Origin: a virus
Taxonomy: Duplodnaviria; Caudoviricetes
Direction: 5' to 3' (one strand)
Length of the DNA: 64,000 nt
Virus record (IMG/VR): IMGVR_UViG_3300010429_001449
Shown here: positions 28,194-38,587 of the stretch, piece by piece
How the letters are laid out: each line of letters begins with the position of its first letter
How positions within the stretch are numbered: position 1 is the stretch's first letter
The notes under the pieces: model-generated
Told to the model about the DNA's origin: nothing
What the model saw: only the letters and a program-made list of their open reading frames with translations
The model's database searches: none
Program-made: the position numbers and the translations under genes

Positions 28194-28742
28194 TTAGTTG
28201 TCGAACCAGAACACAATGCGGACGTTCTTCGGCCCGCCGTGCTCATCGGCCAGTTTCTGGAGTTCGGGAAGCGTTTTCGTATAGAAAGCACCTGCCGCGT
28301 CCTTGTAGGTGATGGGCCAACGAATCGTTTCGTAGCCGGGCGCGTTTGTCCAACCACACCAACTATTTGGAAGCTCGCCTGTTTCTCGAAATCGCTGCGC
28401 AGCTTCCTTGTCGACCATGCCCTGCTTGGTCGTGGTCTGAGTCCAGTCGTAGGCCAACAATTCTTCGAGCGTCAACCACGAAAAGGAGTGCCCGTAGCCG
28501 CGCCAATGCTCAGCGGAGCTACGAACCTCATTCGACATGTCCGTAGGCACTCCTTTCTGATCGCTGATAGGAACAAAACCATCGCCGGTTTTGCACCCCG
28601 CAAAACCACTGCCGTTGCGAACGTCCGCTAAGATGGCGAACGCATCATAATTGCGCCAGTCGTACTCAACGTCAGGGCAGAACACCCAACAACCCTTAAT
28701 GGGGTCGAAGGTCTCTACGTACAGGTGAATGTCGCAACCCAT
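28194..28742 (-). CDS. Phage hypothetical protein
   Basis: MGCDIH...RNYDAFAILADVRN...SWLTLEEL...VRIVFWFDN. Confidence 0.75.
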   Translation of the reverse strand: MGCDIHLYVETFDPIKGCWVFCPDVEYDWRNYDAFAILADVRNGSGFAGCKTGDGFVPISDQKGVPTDMSNEVRSSAEHWRGYGHSFSWLTLEELLAYDWTQTTTKQGMVDKEAAQRFRETGELPNSWCGWTNAPGYETIRWPITYKDAAGAFYTKTLPELQKLADEHGGPKNVRIVFWFDN

Positions 28743-28744
28743 CG

Positions 28745-29524
28745 TTATTCCGGCCTCCCTACCGTGACTTTACTTCCCAGCGACGCCAATCGTCGCTCCA
28801 TCACATTGATGGCGTCGGGATTGTCGTCTATCAAAATGACATCCCGCCCGTTTCTCGCAGCGGCTTCTCCAAACGTGCCGCTTCCCGCGAAAAAATCAAG
28901 CAGCAGGTCGCCCGGCCTGCTGTGAATCTTTACAATCCGCTCGACGATTCCTAAAGGCTTCTGTGTGGGGTAGCCGGTGCGCTCTGCGCCCTGCGTGGGC
29001 ACGATTGTATGCCACCACACGTCTGTCGGCGTTTTGCCTCTGGCGGCCTTCTCCGGGCCTACCAGACCAGGAGCCATGTAAGGGATTCGATCCATTTCAT
29101 CGTAGTTGAACGTGTAATTGTTCGGGTCTTTCGCGTACCAGAGGATGTTGTCGTGCTTGGCGGGCCATCGGTTCTTTGGCCGACCACCGTAGTCATACGC
29201 CCATATGATTTCATTGATGAAACACTCGCGCCCGAAAATGGCGTCGAGGGCTACTTTGGCGTAGTGGACCTCGCGGTAGTCAAGATGAAGGAAGAATGAG
29301 CCGTCCGGAGCAAGCAACCGCCACGCTTCCAACAGTCGGGGGCGAAGGAATGCCGTGAGATCGTCAAAGGTATCTGCAAAGCCGCCCGCATGAAGTTCCC
29401 GCTGCTTGCCGGTGTTGAACGGCGGATCAATGTAGATGAGATTGAACTCGCCGTCGTGGAACGTCCTCAACAACGGAAGGTTGTCGCCCTGGTAAATCTC
29501 GATGGTACTCACGTTCTGGGGCAT
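28745..29524 (-). CDS. N6-adenine DNA methyltransferase
   Basis: YIDPPF; GYPTQKP; DFFAGSGT. Confidence 0.92.
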   Translation of the reverse strand: MPQNVSTIEIYQGDNLPLLRTFHDGEFNLIYIDPPFNTGKQRELHAGGFADTFDDLTAFLRPRLLEAWRLLAPDGSFFLHLDYREVHYAKVALDAIFGRECFINEIIWAYDYGGRPKNRWPAKHDNILWYAKDPNNYTFNYDEMDRIPYMAPGLVGPEKAARGKTPTDVWWHTIVPTQGAERTGYPTQKPLGIVERIVKIHSRPGDLLLDFFAGSGTFGEAAARNGRDVILIDDNPDAINVMERRLASLGSKVTVGRPE

Positions 29525-29776
29525 CCTTGCTTGCAAACAATCCGAATTCGGTCGTCGTCCGGCGCACGAAACGGCACACGAACGGGTACGTAGCGGAATG
29601 AGTAACGCCATAACAACACCCGAAGGTATTTCACGAACAGCCAGACGTGTATTCGGTCGGGGAAGAGCAGCCACCAAATATAGGACGTGTGCTCTGCTTT
29701 CCGCCCGCACACGTCGCAGACGAAAGACCAGCGCAGATGGGGCAAGTCAACCGTCGTATTTACCAAGATGTTCTCC

Positions 29777-30445
29777 TCAGATGTGGCAATCCACGATAGT
29801 TAAAAGCGTGTCGTCAGGAAGCGACGCGAACAACTTGTCGAACTCGGCATTCCATACGGCGGGGTCTTTTTCGTTTTTCACGATAGTCCACCATCCCATC
29901 TCGCCGCGCTCAAACCATTCACCGTCTTTGACTACGGCAAAGGGCGTCCAGTTACAACAACGCGCTACGAAAGCTTCCTTCGTGGTAGTCTCATCGATAC
30001 CATAAACGAACGCACGCTCATCGGCAGAAAGCTGCAGCGCGTCTGCCCACCACTTTTCCGCCTTCTCTATTCGATCCTTTTTGAGCAAAGCCAGATCAAG
30101 ATCGCCCTTGCGGAGCGAGGAAATCTTCTCGCCGCGCTTGTTGACGAAATGATCCGCCCATCTACCGCCGACTGTCCACCAATCCCACTTGGACTCCGGA
30201 TTGTAAGTGCGCCACACGAACAACCCCTGATCGTCTATGCCGCCGCCGTTAGGCTCATTCCAATCGCGTATCTTTTCGTGAAGCGCATTCACGTCGGAGG
30301 GCGAAAGGCCGTAGTAAGACGCCATACACGCAATTTCAGCCGAATCAAGATGCTCCTTGTAAGGCTCTATTTGGATGCCTTCATCGTACGGCTCAAGCTG
30401 ACCCGCAACGTCGTCCCCAATCACCAATACTGCGAAATGACTCAT
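29777..30445 (-). CDS. Phage hypothetical protein
   Basis: MSHFAVLVIG...NPESKWDWWTVGGRW...GEMGWW...IVDCHI. Confidence 0.75.
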   Translation of the reverse strand: MSHFAVLVIGDDVAGQLEPYDEGIQIEPYKEHLDSAEIACMASYYGLSPSDVNALHEKIRDWNEPNGGGIDDQGLFVWRTYNPESKWDWWTVGGRWADHFVNKRGEKISSLRKGDLDLALLKKDRIEKAEKWWADALQLSADERAFVYGIDETTTKEAFVARCCNWTPFAVVKDGEWFERGEMGWWTIVKNEKDPAVWNAEFDKLFASLPDDTLLTIVDCHI

Positions 30446-30482
30446 CTATCTGTCTCCTGAAAAGAGGTTTATCGTCACCTTT

Positions 30483-30510
30483 AGTATAACGGAATTACGG
30501 CATTTGTCAA
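30483..30510 (-). promoter_or_regulatory. Promoter TTGACA-N16-TATACT
   Basis: Motif family copy. Confidence 0.8.
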
Positions 30511-31235
30511 GGGAGATTTCCCGAAATTTCAGCGAGGCGACTATTGGCGTAGGCGCACTGCTCGTCATTCAAATCCCATCCGATACCATTCCTGCCGTGT
30601 TTAACAGCGGCGGCGACGGTCGTTCCGCTGCCGACGAATGGATCAAACACAAGTTCCCCGACGGCGCTGCTTTGTTGAATAAGCAGTTCCATAAGTTCGA
30701 TGGGCTTTTCGGCGGGGCGGCGTCCTTTCTTGCCGTGCGGGACATTCCGTACCGGCAAAACGTCCCGGATTCCCAAGTCGTGGAGCCGCCGCTTTCCTTT
30801 TTCCAGAAGCACCACGAATTCATACGAGGCGCGGTAGTGATAGCCCATTCCTATCAGTATCTTGTCCCACACCAATGGCTTGTGATAATCCCACGCCGCA
30901 AATGCTTCTACGCGGCAGAGGTACTCGAAAGTCTCCCAGTCGCACATTAGGTAGCAATGGCGGTCTGGCCGCAGGATGCGGTGAAATTCGCCTAAAAGAG
31001 ACGGAAGAGCCTCATTCGGAACTTCGGCGAACCACTTGGAATCATCCCGCGACTCAACGTCACGATGCCCCCCAAGCCGCGTTGTTGTCCCGATTGACCG
31101 CCACTTATTGAGACTCGCGTAGGGCGGGTCCGTAACGATGAGGTCCACGCTTTCCGCAGCCACATGAGGGAGCGCCAATAGCGCGTCTTTTTGTTCAATC
31201 TGCCACAAATCTATTGCGGCGAGGGTATTCCCCAA
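30507..31235 (-). CDS. N4/N6 DNA methyltransferase
   Basis: TDPPY; PAEKP; DPFVGSGTT. Confidence 0.9.
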   Translation of the reverse strand: MGNTLAAIDLWQIEQKDALLALPHVAAESVDLIVTDPPYASLNKWRSIGTTTRLGGHRDVESRDDSKWFAEVPNEALPSLLGEFHRILRPDRHCYLMCDWETFEYLCRVEAFAAWDYHKPLVWDKILIGMGYHYRASYEFVVLLEKGKRRLHDLGIRDVLPVRNVPHGKKGRRPAEKPIELMELLIQQSSAVGELVFDPFVGSGTTVAAAVKHGRNGIGWDLNDEQCAYANSRLAEISGNLP

Positions 31236-31333
31236 CCTTATTCGTGGGGAGAAGTCGCCGCCCTCAAAAAAAAAGAAGAAAAATCACCACCAACCGCTCG
31301 ACAACACTGTAGAGTGGTGGTAAAATCCAGTAC

Positions 31334-32503
31334 ATGGAAGTTCAGAGGACAGTCCAGATCGTTATAGAGCCGAGCAAGGAACTTGAAGATACTCTTATGG
31401 CTTTTACGCAAGTATGCAACAAGCTCTCCCCAACGGCTTACAACAATGGAAAGTTTCTTGGGCGTGTTGCTCTTCACTACGCGGCGTACACTATTGCCAG
31501 AGGCGTTTTGTCCAGCCAGATGACTTGCACGGCTATCCGCCTTACGGCGGGAGCATACGCTGCTATCAGAAGGAATAGGCGTAAAACAATCAAACCGATT
31601 TGTTTCAGGAAGCCGAGAGCTATGTTCTTGGTGGGCACACGAGGTAGAGACGCCTCGTTCCGAAGAGACGGGCGGCTCTCGATCTGGACAGTACGCGGAC
31701 GGAGAAAGTTGTCTTATTCCGTCCCCGAATACTTCAAGCCGATGTTGGCTTGCGCCAAAACGGTCGATAGCATCAACGTCATCGAAAAGAACAGAAAGCT
31801 GATCGGCTTTGTGTCGATCACCATTGATGTGCCGGACGCCGTCGGCGTCCATCCCGTAGGGGTTGATCTCAACGAAACTAATCCTGTCGTTGCTGTCGAC
31901 GACAGAGACAGGGAGTTGTTTGTTGCCGGTGCTGTTCAGAAAGAACGGAAAAGACGAATCCGCAAGACCAGAAAACGACTCCAGAAACGGCTTGCTTCTC
32001 GAAAGGCAGAGGGAAAGTCCACGAAGTCTGTTGGACGAGTCCTCAAACGGCTGCGGGAACGGCAAAGCCGATCCACCAAAGACTTCTGTCACGTCGTATC
32101 GAAAAAGCTGGTGAACTGGAGTCCTAAAAACTCGGTTCTGGTCTTCGAGGATTTGTCCTTTGCGCAGGAAGATCAGGAGCACGGAAAGGCGTGGAATCGA
32201 AGGTTTCACGAATGGCCAAGAGGCCAGATAGTAGAGATGACGACGTACAAAGCGGAAGGAAAGCACGAGGTGGCTTTCATTAATCCTGCTTATACGTCGC
32301 AACGCTGTTCGCGCTGCGGCTTGCTTGGTAATCGAAACCGTCATTCCTTTATCTGTCCTCATTGCCAGTTCCGTTGTCATGCCGATCTCAATGCTGCTAG
32401 GAACATCCGTAATCATTTTGCCGTGCTACGGCGCGGTGGGCCGTCGTCGACCGGCCCCGAAGCATCTTCGAGATGCAAACCTCCGGCTTTAGCGGCGGGT
32501 TAG
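31334..32503 (+). CDS. tnpB: TnpB-family RNA-guided endonuclease (IS200/IS605)
   Basis: VGVDLN / VFEDL / HADLNAARNI; CSRC...CPHC; right-end hairpin-like CCTCCGGCTTTAGCGGCGGG then TAGTTGAC. Confidence 0.9.
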   Translation: MEVQRTVQIVIEPSKELEDTLMAFTQVCNKLSPTAYNNGKFLGRVALHYAAYTIARGVLSSQMTCTAIRLTAGAYAAIRRNRRKTIKPICFRKPRAMFLVGTRGRDASFRRDGRLSIWTVRGRRKLSYSVPEYFKPMLACAKTVDSINVIEKNRKLIGFVSITIDVPDAVGVHPVGVDLNETNPVVAVDDRDRELFVAGAVQKERKRRIRKTRKRLQKRLASRKAEGKSTKSVGRVLKRLRERQSRSTKDFCHVVSKKLVNWSPKNSVLVFEDLSFAQEDQEHGKAWNRRFHEWPRGQIVEMTTYKAEGKHEVAFINPAYTSQRCSRCGLLGNRNRHSFICPHCQFRCHADLNAARNIRNHFAVLRRGGPSSTGPEASSRCKPPALAAG

Positions 32504-33465
32504 TTGACACGGCCCCGCTCCACGAAGTAACGCGAGGCGACTTGCTCTCCGGCTTCGGGGCCTCGCTGGTGTCTAGGTATCCAAACAAGGGCGGCTTGAT
32601 CTGCTTTTATCTTGCCGTCGGCAACGGCGCACTCGTAGATTCGCCCGCGCCTGAATTTGTTGTAGTGACCACGCACCCAATGGCGCACACCTACGGTACG
32701 TCCGGTGTGTTCATCGGAACCTAGCGAGACAGAGTAGTTCTTGATGAAACGGATAACGTGAACCTTGGGGAGGGAGATTCGCTCCGTAACACGGCCTTTC
32801 TTGTGCTTGATAGAAGGTCTGTCCACCACGTCATAGGTAACATTCGTGCTGGAGAGAAACGCGCAGAATTTGGTGGCAAGTTTGAATACGGCTTTTTCGT
32901 CGTCTCCAAACCAGGAGTAAGGCTTGTCCGTAACCGGCTCTGAGTGATAAGACATAACCCACCGATCAAAAGGAATAGGGCTGTGTAAGTTTCCGGAATA
33001 ATGGCTCCACAAGCACATGACCAGCGTGTGTGCCGTGAGAGACACGTCCTCACGAGGCAGGCGATAGTCAACAACAACGTTCGGCAACCAGCGTTTCGCT
33101 ATTTTGGCAAAACGGTCGAAATCGCGCAGGCAAATGTGCAGACCGACACTCTTTTCTGTCGTGCCCATAACGGGGCAATCGACGACGCCGCCGAAGTCAA
33201 TGTAAAAGTTGTTGAAGGGAAGACGGAGATCACTCGCTGTTACCTCGGCGATGTCTGCATCCATGACTTCTTCTACAAGAGACCGATCAAAGGCGAAGAC
33301 CTTCGTTGTAGGAAGGGCATCTCGCAGAAACAGATTGGCCGTAAGCTCCGCCTGCTCCATCCTCATAAGGACAGCCTCGCGGAACTCGCGCCGCGTTTCC
33401 AACATAAACGGCGCATAGTTGTCGCGCAGCACAGTGTCATACGTCAATGCTTTGATCTGTTTCAT
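32500..33465 (-). CDS. Phage hypothetical protein
   Basis: C-terminal HWVRGH...VWIPRH.RGP motif. Confidence 0.65.
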   Translation of the reverse strand: MKQIKALTYDTVLRDNYAPFMLETRREFREAVLMRMEQAELTANLFLRDALPTTKVFAFDRSLVEEVMDADIAEVTASDLRLPFNNFYIDFGGVVDCPVMGTTEKSVGLHICLRDFDRFAKIAKRWLPNVVVDYRLPREDVSLTAHTLVMCLWSHYSGNLHSPIPFDRWVMSYHSEPVTDKPYSWFGDDEKAVFKLATKFCAFLSSTNVTYDVVDRPSIKHKKGRVTERISLPKVHVIRFIKNYSVSLGSDEHTGRTVGVRHWVRGHYNKFRRGRIYECAVADGKIKADQAALVWIPRHQRGPEAGEQVASRYFVERGRVN

Positions 33466-33468
33466 GGC

Positions 33469-33771
33469 TTAGCGGTACAGCCGGAAAAACTTGAAACCCT
33501 TCGGCCACTCCTGCCGAGGTTTGAACGCGAGCGCGACTTCCTTTCCGCCGAGCGAAGATTCGGTGATAACGACGTGATCAGGACAGGCTTTTGCCTGCTC
33601 GAACTCACCGTCGTTGACGACGCAAACAGCCTTGAAAAAAGGACCAGAAAGCCATTCGGCGACTTCGGGGGAGTCTTTGAACTTGAGATAGCAGGCGAGA
33701 GAAGCGTGAGCGGCGGCAACTACAGCAATGCCGGGCGGCACGAATTCGTTTATCAGAATGTACATCTTCAT
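33469..33771 (-). CDS. Peptidyl-tRNA hydrolase type II (PTH2)-like protein
   Basis: KMYILI...G..AAAHASL...W...F.KAVC pattern and size. Confidence 0.7.
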   Translation of the reverse strand: MKMYILINEFVPPGIAVVAAAHASLACYLKFKDSPEVAEWLSGPFFKAVCVVNDGEFEQAKACPDHVVITESSLGGKEVALAFKPRQEWPKGFKFFRLYR

Positions 33772-34052
33772 CCGGTCGATCCCTCTCGCGGCGTTATTAA
33801 TTCGATCCCGATTCGTTCTTCAGAGTCGCGTGCGTAATCACGCAATCTTTCATCTTTACTGGCGTGCCTTTCTTTTCGAGCACGTAGAAGACAAGGTCAT
33901 CAAGCAGATCGGCAACAGTGGCGTCGTCAGGTGCGTCAACGGTCAGCCGAGCCATGATAGTGAACGTCTTGATGGTGGTTTTTGGCATCGCATTCCTCGA
34001 AACTTTTTCGCGTGAGGCAGACGCTTTGGCCCGCCAGACTATGCCCTTACAG

Positions 34053-34128
34053 TGGTGAGCGAGCCGGGACTTGAACCCGGAATCTCATCGATGTCGACGA
34101 TGCGATCTGCCAATTGATCTACTCGCTC
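34053..34128 (-). tRNA. tRNA-Val(GAC)
   Basis: CATCG-TCGACAT-CGATG (C33); ACCA. Confidence 0.88.
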
Positions 34129-34561
34129 AATTCACGGTTTTGTCCGCTTCTGCGTCATGGCCTGAGAACCACTCCATGACGTACGGAGGAAGCCACGCCT
34201 GCATCTCGGCAGGAATGTTGATGTGCAACATGACTAGGCCGTCATCGTCCTGGCGCGGCACGGTTGTAATCTCAAGATTCTTCATGCTGTCGATGAAATC
34301 ATGGATGAGCCTCTGCCGAAACGACTGCTTTACAGCATCAACAAGCACCTCCGGCGAAGCCTGAAGGCTTTCCGCGAGAGGCTTCGACACGCCCTTGCGC
34401 ACAGACTTGGCGACAAACTTGGCCAGCGCGTCCGGGCCTTTCAAACAAGCTTTGATCAACTCCTCGCTTGTAGTCCAGCCGCATACCGGACACTGAAACA
34501 CCCTGCCTTTTTTTGCCTCAGCTACAACTCGCCGCTTCCTTTTGCTATCCCGCGTAGCCAT
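34127..34561 (-). CDS. Hypothetical protein
   Basis: ATG sits immediately after the promoter, possibly leaderless. Confidence 0.55.
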   Translation of the reverse strand: MATRDSKRKRRVVAEAKKGRVFQCPVCGWTTSEELIKACLKGPDALAKFVAKSVRKGVSKPLAESLQASPEVLVDAVKQSFRQRLIHDFIDSMKNLEITTVPRQDDDGLVMLHINIPAEMQAWLPPYVMEWFSGHDAEADKTVN

Positions 34562-34567
34562 ACTCTT

Positions 34568-34595
34568 AGTATAACAGCGTAGGGCAAAATGTCAA
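34568..34595 (-). promoter_or_regulatory. Promoter TTGACA-N16-TATACT
   Basis: Motif family copy. Confidence 0.8.
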
Positions 34596-35060
34596 GACTT
34601 ATTAGGGTCTTTCGTATCAACTTTTTGGCCGCAGCGAGGGCAATAAGCGCGAGAGCCGATGGGGAGATCGCAAAGGGCGCAGCGTAGAAGGACGCCGTAA
34701 ATGTCTCGTCGGTCGGTAGCGCCGCGCATTAATTCTTCCAGCGCGTTACGTTTGGGAGAGTCAATGTCACGAATCAGATCGCGGAAGGCGCGGCGTCCCG
34801 CCTCAGCCAGGTCTTGACTTGATGCGTCAATCTTGTCCCGCAGCGTGATGCTGGCGCTTCCTTTGCCATCGCACACGCCACAAACGGCCACGAACCAGAG
34901 ACGGTAATCCGCTTCGGCATAAATATGCAGGCGCAGCGTTCCCTGCGCCAAGCATACCGGGCACGCAAAACCGCGACGGTACAACATCATGCGGATTGAG
35001 CGTTGCAGCAGATTGATTGGCGTTTGTTCTTCGAGAGAGTATCCCGTCTGGTCGATGATG

Positions 35061-37250
35061 TTAGGATTCGTCGTTTCCGTCATCGTCGCCATCTTCGTCT
35101 TCGTCCGACTCGCCTGCCTTGATATCATCAACCGGCGGCGATGACACTATCTTAGCCGTTACCTCTTTCACGCCGCCAGAGGTACGCGACCGCAATGCGC
35201 CTTCCAGATAATCACTCATCTGCAAGTCGCTTTTCTCGCAAGCGTCGGCCATCTCCTTAATACAACTGGTCAAGCCGGATTCCATCTGAAGAACCAGATG
35301 CACTTGATCCTTGTAGCAGAAGAAGATATGGCCTTTCGGCGCGGTACTACCGTACTCCGACAAGATGTTGCGGACAGCATAATCGAGGTTGTCACGAACA
35401 TGCTTGCTGGTCTCGTCGTCTTCTTCCGAACGATTCTTGGCCGCTTCCTGCTTCGCGGACTCGCGTTCTTCGAGAATCTCTTTGAATTTATCCTCGCGGG
35501 AGAAACCAAACCGGCGGGCCTCCTCGCTGAGTTTGAGACGCCTCTCGGTGCGCAAATCCAGAATGATGCGGCGCAGCTTAGTCGGGTTGCGCGTCCCGCG
35601 ATTCTCATTGCGGCGAACAAGGTTTTCGAGACGCACGACCTCGTCCATCCAGCCTTCCTTGACCACAATAGGAATCGTGGTCATGCCAACTTTTTTGCAA
35701 TTATGCACCAGACAACCGCCAACATTAAATATGTTCGTGGTTTCTACAGACATATTCCACACGTAATTACAGTCCTCGAATGCAACCACGTCGGACACGC
35801 GCAAGAGCAAACCATCAGCATCAAGAATTTTTCCGTAGCGCCTGTCTTGCTTTCTAGCAGGCGTGTAAGCCACTATATAAGAATCCCTGCGTTGTTCGGT
35901 GGTATCTTTTGAGCAATAAATGCTCGGCGCAAACTCCGCCGAGACGCAGAGAAGGAAAAGCTGATAAGCCAAGTCTTTAGACACAGTAGTAATACGAATC
36001 ATACCGTCAGGAGACGCATAACCATCACCAGATGCTACGCCATCGAGCAACGCTCGCGCCTTATCCTTTGGCAGCCCAATCCACATCGAAGGTAACGTCT
36101 TGCCGTAGGAGAAACGACCGAAAAGCGACTCGAACCAACTACCCAACGTAGGCGAAAACACCTTCACATCGTATCCGTCCCTGCTAGAAGTCTTCTTGTA
36201 AACAGAACATCTCAACCCAAACTTCGCCCTTACAATATCGCGCAGGCGAGCCAGAAAACCTCTTTCTATGTCTTTCTTTCCTATCGTGAAGCATATTCCT
36301 CGCACCCGTCCCCCGCTGTTCCGCTCGCGCACAGCCGAGCCTTCGGCTACGTAGAAACCGAACAACCAGAGTAAATCGGTATCTAATAGTTGCTTCGTCG
36401 AGAAAGGAGTCAGACACACTCTATTCGGCGCGACTTTGGCGGAGCGGTTGTAATGATAAGTACACAAATTTTTCGTCTTGACCGTAGAGGAACAACCCTC
36501 TACGCTGCATCGAGGCTGTTGTTTTACAGAACGGAAAGAACCGCTAAACGCTTTTTTGTAGCCCTGCTTCTGCTTATAGTGTCCGAAACACAAACCTCCC
36601 GCATGGACGCTATTTCTACAGGATGCGACGGAACACGTGTCGTCTTTAGGCGAGAAGCTGACCATGTGCGATGGAATAGTAATGGCGGTTGGAGAATATA
36701 AACACGGTCTTGGAACACGAATCCAACTCTTTCCCGGCAACAATTTGCACGCCTTAACTTCCTGTCCGTCCACCATATAAGGATGATCTTCCGTTGAAAC
36801 GAGCGGAATTTTCATGCCACACAATCTTACGGCGCAAAAACGACCCCGGTAAGGGCGCATCGACACATCTGTTACAGCGGCCCAAACACCGTGCGTTGAC
36901 ATTACAGCATCACCCACCACGACTTGACTGATAGCAAGTATACCCCTCTTCGTAACTACAGGGGTATCTCCGCAAAAACACGCCAACCAGCGGTGTTCCC
37001 CGCCAACAATACGGAACTTGCCCTCCGCTTCGGGGATTGGAACGACTTGGATTGGTTCGTCGAACTTCCAAGCATTTATGTCTTCCCGCAGCATATCCAA
37101 CTGTACGTCATCCATTTCGTTCGGATTGAGAGGGTCTGGCTCCAAGGAGTCGATAGGGACTTCGACGGCTCCGTCCCATGTCTTGGCCTTTTGGAGATAC
37201 GCAACCCACCACTTGTTAGCTTCCGGCGTTTCCTTCTTTTTTGCTGCCAT
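35061..37250 (-). CDS. ParB/Srx-like N-terminal domain protein containing an intein
   Basis: NPNEM...FDEPIQV...RIVGGEHRWLA|intein|CKKVGMTTIPIVV. Confidence 0.88.
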   Translation of the reverse strand: MAAKKKETPEANKWWVAYLQKAKTWDGAVEVPIDSLEPDPLNPNEMDDVQLDMLREDINAWKFDEPIQVVPIPEAEGKFRIVGGEHRWLACFCGDTPVVTKRGILAISQVVVGDAVMSTHGVWAAVTDVSMRPYRGRFCAVRLCGMKIPLVSTEDHPYMVDGQEVKACKLLPGKSWIRVPRPCLYSPTAITIPSHMVSFSPKDDTCSVASCRNSVHAGGLCFGHYKQKQGYKKAFSGSFRSVKQQPRCSVEGCSSTVKTKNLCTYHYNRSAKVAPNRVCLTPFSTKQLLDTDLLWLFGFYVAEGSAVRERNSGGRVRGICFTIGKKDIERGFLARLRDIVRAKFGLRCSVYKKTSSRDGYDVKVFSPTLGSWFESLFGRFSYGKTLPSMWIGLPKDKARALLDGVASGDGYASPDGMIRITTVSKDLAYQLFLLCVSAEFAPSIYCSKDTTEQRRDSYIVAYTPARKQDRRYGKILDADGLLLRVSDVVAFEDCNYVWNMSVETTNIFNVGGCLVHNCKKVGMTTIPIVVKEGWMDEVVRLENLVRRNENRGTRNPTKLRRIILDLRTERRLKLSEEARRFGFSREDKFKEILEERESAKQEAAKNRSEEDDETSKHVRDNLDYAVRNILSEYGSTAPKGHIFFCYKDQVHLVLQMESGLTSCIKEMADACEKSDLQMSDYLEGALRSRTSGGVKEVTAKIVSSPPVDDIKAGESDEDEDGDDDGNDES
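35700..36980 (-). mobile_element. Intein (427 aa) with LAGLIDADG homing endonuclease
   Basis: Starts CFCGDTPV; block B TEDHP; LFGFYVAEGS and LLDGVASGDG; ends LVHN followed by Cys+1. Confidence 0.92.
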
Positions 37251-37704
37251 GTTCGTATCGCACTTTCTGGACGATCTTTGTTCTGATCTCCGGCGTAAGG
37301 CGTCGTTCCGTTCCTCGCGCCGCCAAGTAACCGCGAATGCCGCATTTGGAACAAACGTATGTAATGTGCAGTACGTCTTGCAACCACGTATCTTCGATGC
37401 GCCAAGTCATCTGCTCATTGCAGAGCGGACAGAAAATTAGATTAATCTCCGCCTCACGGCCTTGAAGTGTCCTGATGTTTTGGTATCGCCCCTCTCGCTC
37501 AATCGCCTCTTGGACAGTACGCACGAAATCGGGGTCACTCACTTTTCCCAACGGCATCGTAATCGTGATCTGGCACTGATTACATCGGTAGCGAGCATCG
37601 GCGTGTTTGTTTCGCTGACTCCAGCGAGAACGACGCCGCGTGATACCCAAACAGTAGATTGGGGACGAGCAACGCGGGCAACTTATGCCGGTCGGAGTTT
37701 CCAT
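37216..37704 (-). CDS. Hypothetical zinc-ribbon protein
   Basis: Four CxxC pairs. Confidence 0.6.
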   Translation of the reverse strand: METPTGISCPRCSSPIYCLGITRRRSRWSQRNKHADARYRCNQCQITITMPLGKVSDPDFVRTVQEAIEREGRYQNIRTLQGREAEINLIFCPLCNEQMTWRIEDTWLQDVLHITYVCSKCGIRGYLAARGTERRLTPEIRTKIVQKVRYEHGSKKEGNAGS

Positions 37705-37753
37705 GTTAAAGAGAGCGGCGAGGCCGGGTGGCCTCTGGGAAGAGACACCCCGT

Positions 37754-38245
37754 TTACTCTTGGGGGGGAGCAGCCTCGCCGCAAATGTTGCTCAGTGCCT
37801 GCGCTTGAAGAATACGGCACTGATGTTCAATCTCATTAAGCTGAGCCAGAATGGGCTTGAGGTTCACTTCCGGAATTATTGCTCGGAAGCCCGGTTGCCG
37901 CGTCTGGCTACGAAGCATCTTCGTCTGTTTCTTCGCTTGGCGATATGCCTTGCGCAGATCGCCTTTCTTAACTTCAATGACTTTCAGAATCTGGTTCACC
38001 AACGAGAGCGACGCTTTCCGGCGGCACTCCATCGACAGCGACGCCAAATCAACCGCCTGGCCGTGTTCGGGGCAGGCGCGACCCTCCGTTGCGCCTAAGA
38101 AGAACCCACAGACAGGACATGCCCGGAACATGATGTCTTTAGGGCGATCACTGCCTAGAATCGTCATCGCAGACGCAAGCAGGTCGTCTTCCTTACGCGC
38201 TTCCTCATCAACGGGCGTCTCTGGCTTGGGGGTTTCATCCGGCAT
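37754..38245 (-). CDS. Hypothetical protein
   Basis: 163-aa ORF with AAGGAG SD. Confidence 0.6.
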   Translation of the reverse strand: MPDETPKPETPVDEEARKEDDLLASAMTILGSDRPKDIMFRACPVCGFFLGATEGRACPEHGQAVDLASLSMECRRKASLSLVNQILKVIEVKKGDLRKAYRQAKKQTKMLRSQTRQPGFRAIIPEVNLKPILAQLNEIEHQCRILQAQALSNICGEAAPPQE

Positions 38246-38587
38246 TTCTCAATCTCCTTTGGGCGCAATTGTACACGCGGGGAGGCAAGGATACCATAGT
38301 TGGTATCCCTGCCTTACCCCTCCCGACCGATGCTTACGCGGACGGCGCGGCTCTCTTTGTGCGCTTGACCTTCTGTTCGAGGGTGACTCTCTGCTTGATG
38401 ATCTTCGTCACCTGCTCAAGACAGGTGGCGCAGACTTCCATCTTCGCCGAGAGAATTGCGTCGCCTTTAAGGTCAGTGATGTCGACGTTGACGGTGCACA
38501 TTCCGGCGTCTCCTGAAACCTCTTTCTTACAACGATCACACAGAACCTTCGTTATCTTCGCCATGCTTGTTTCTCCTCATAGCGTTG

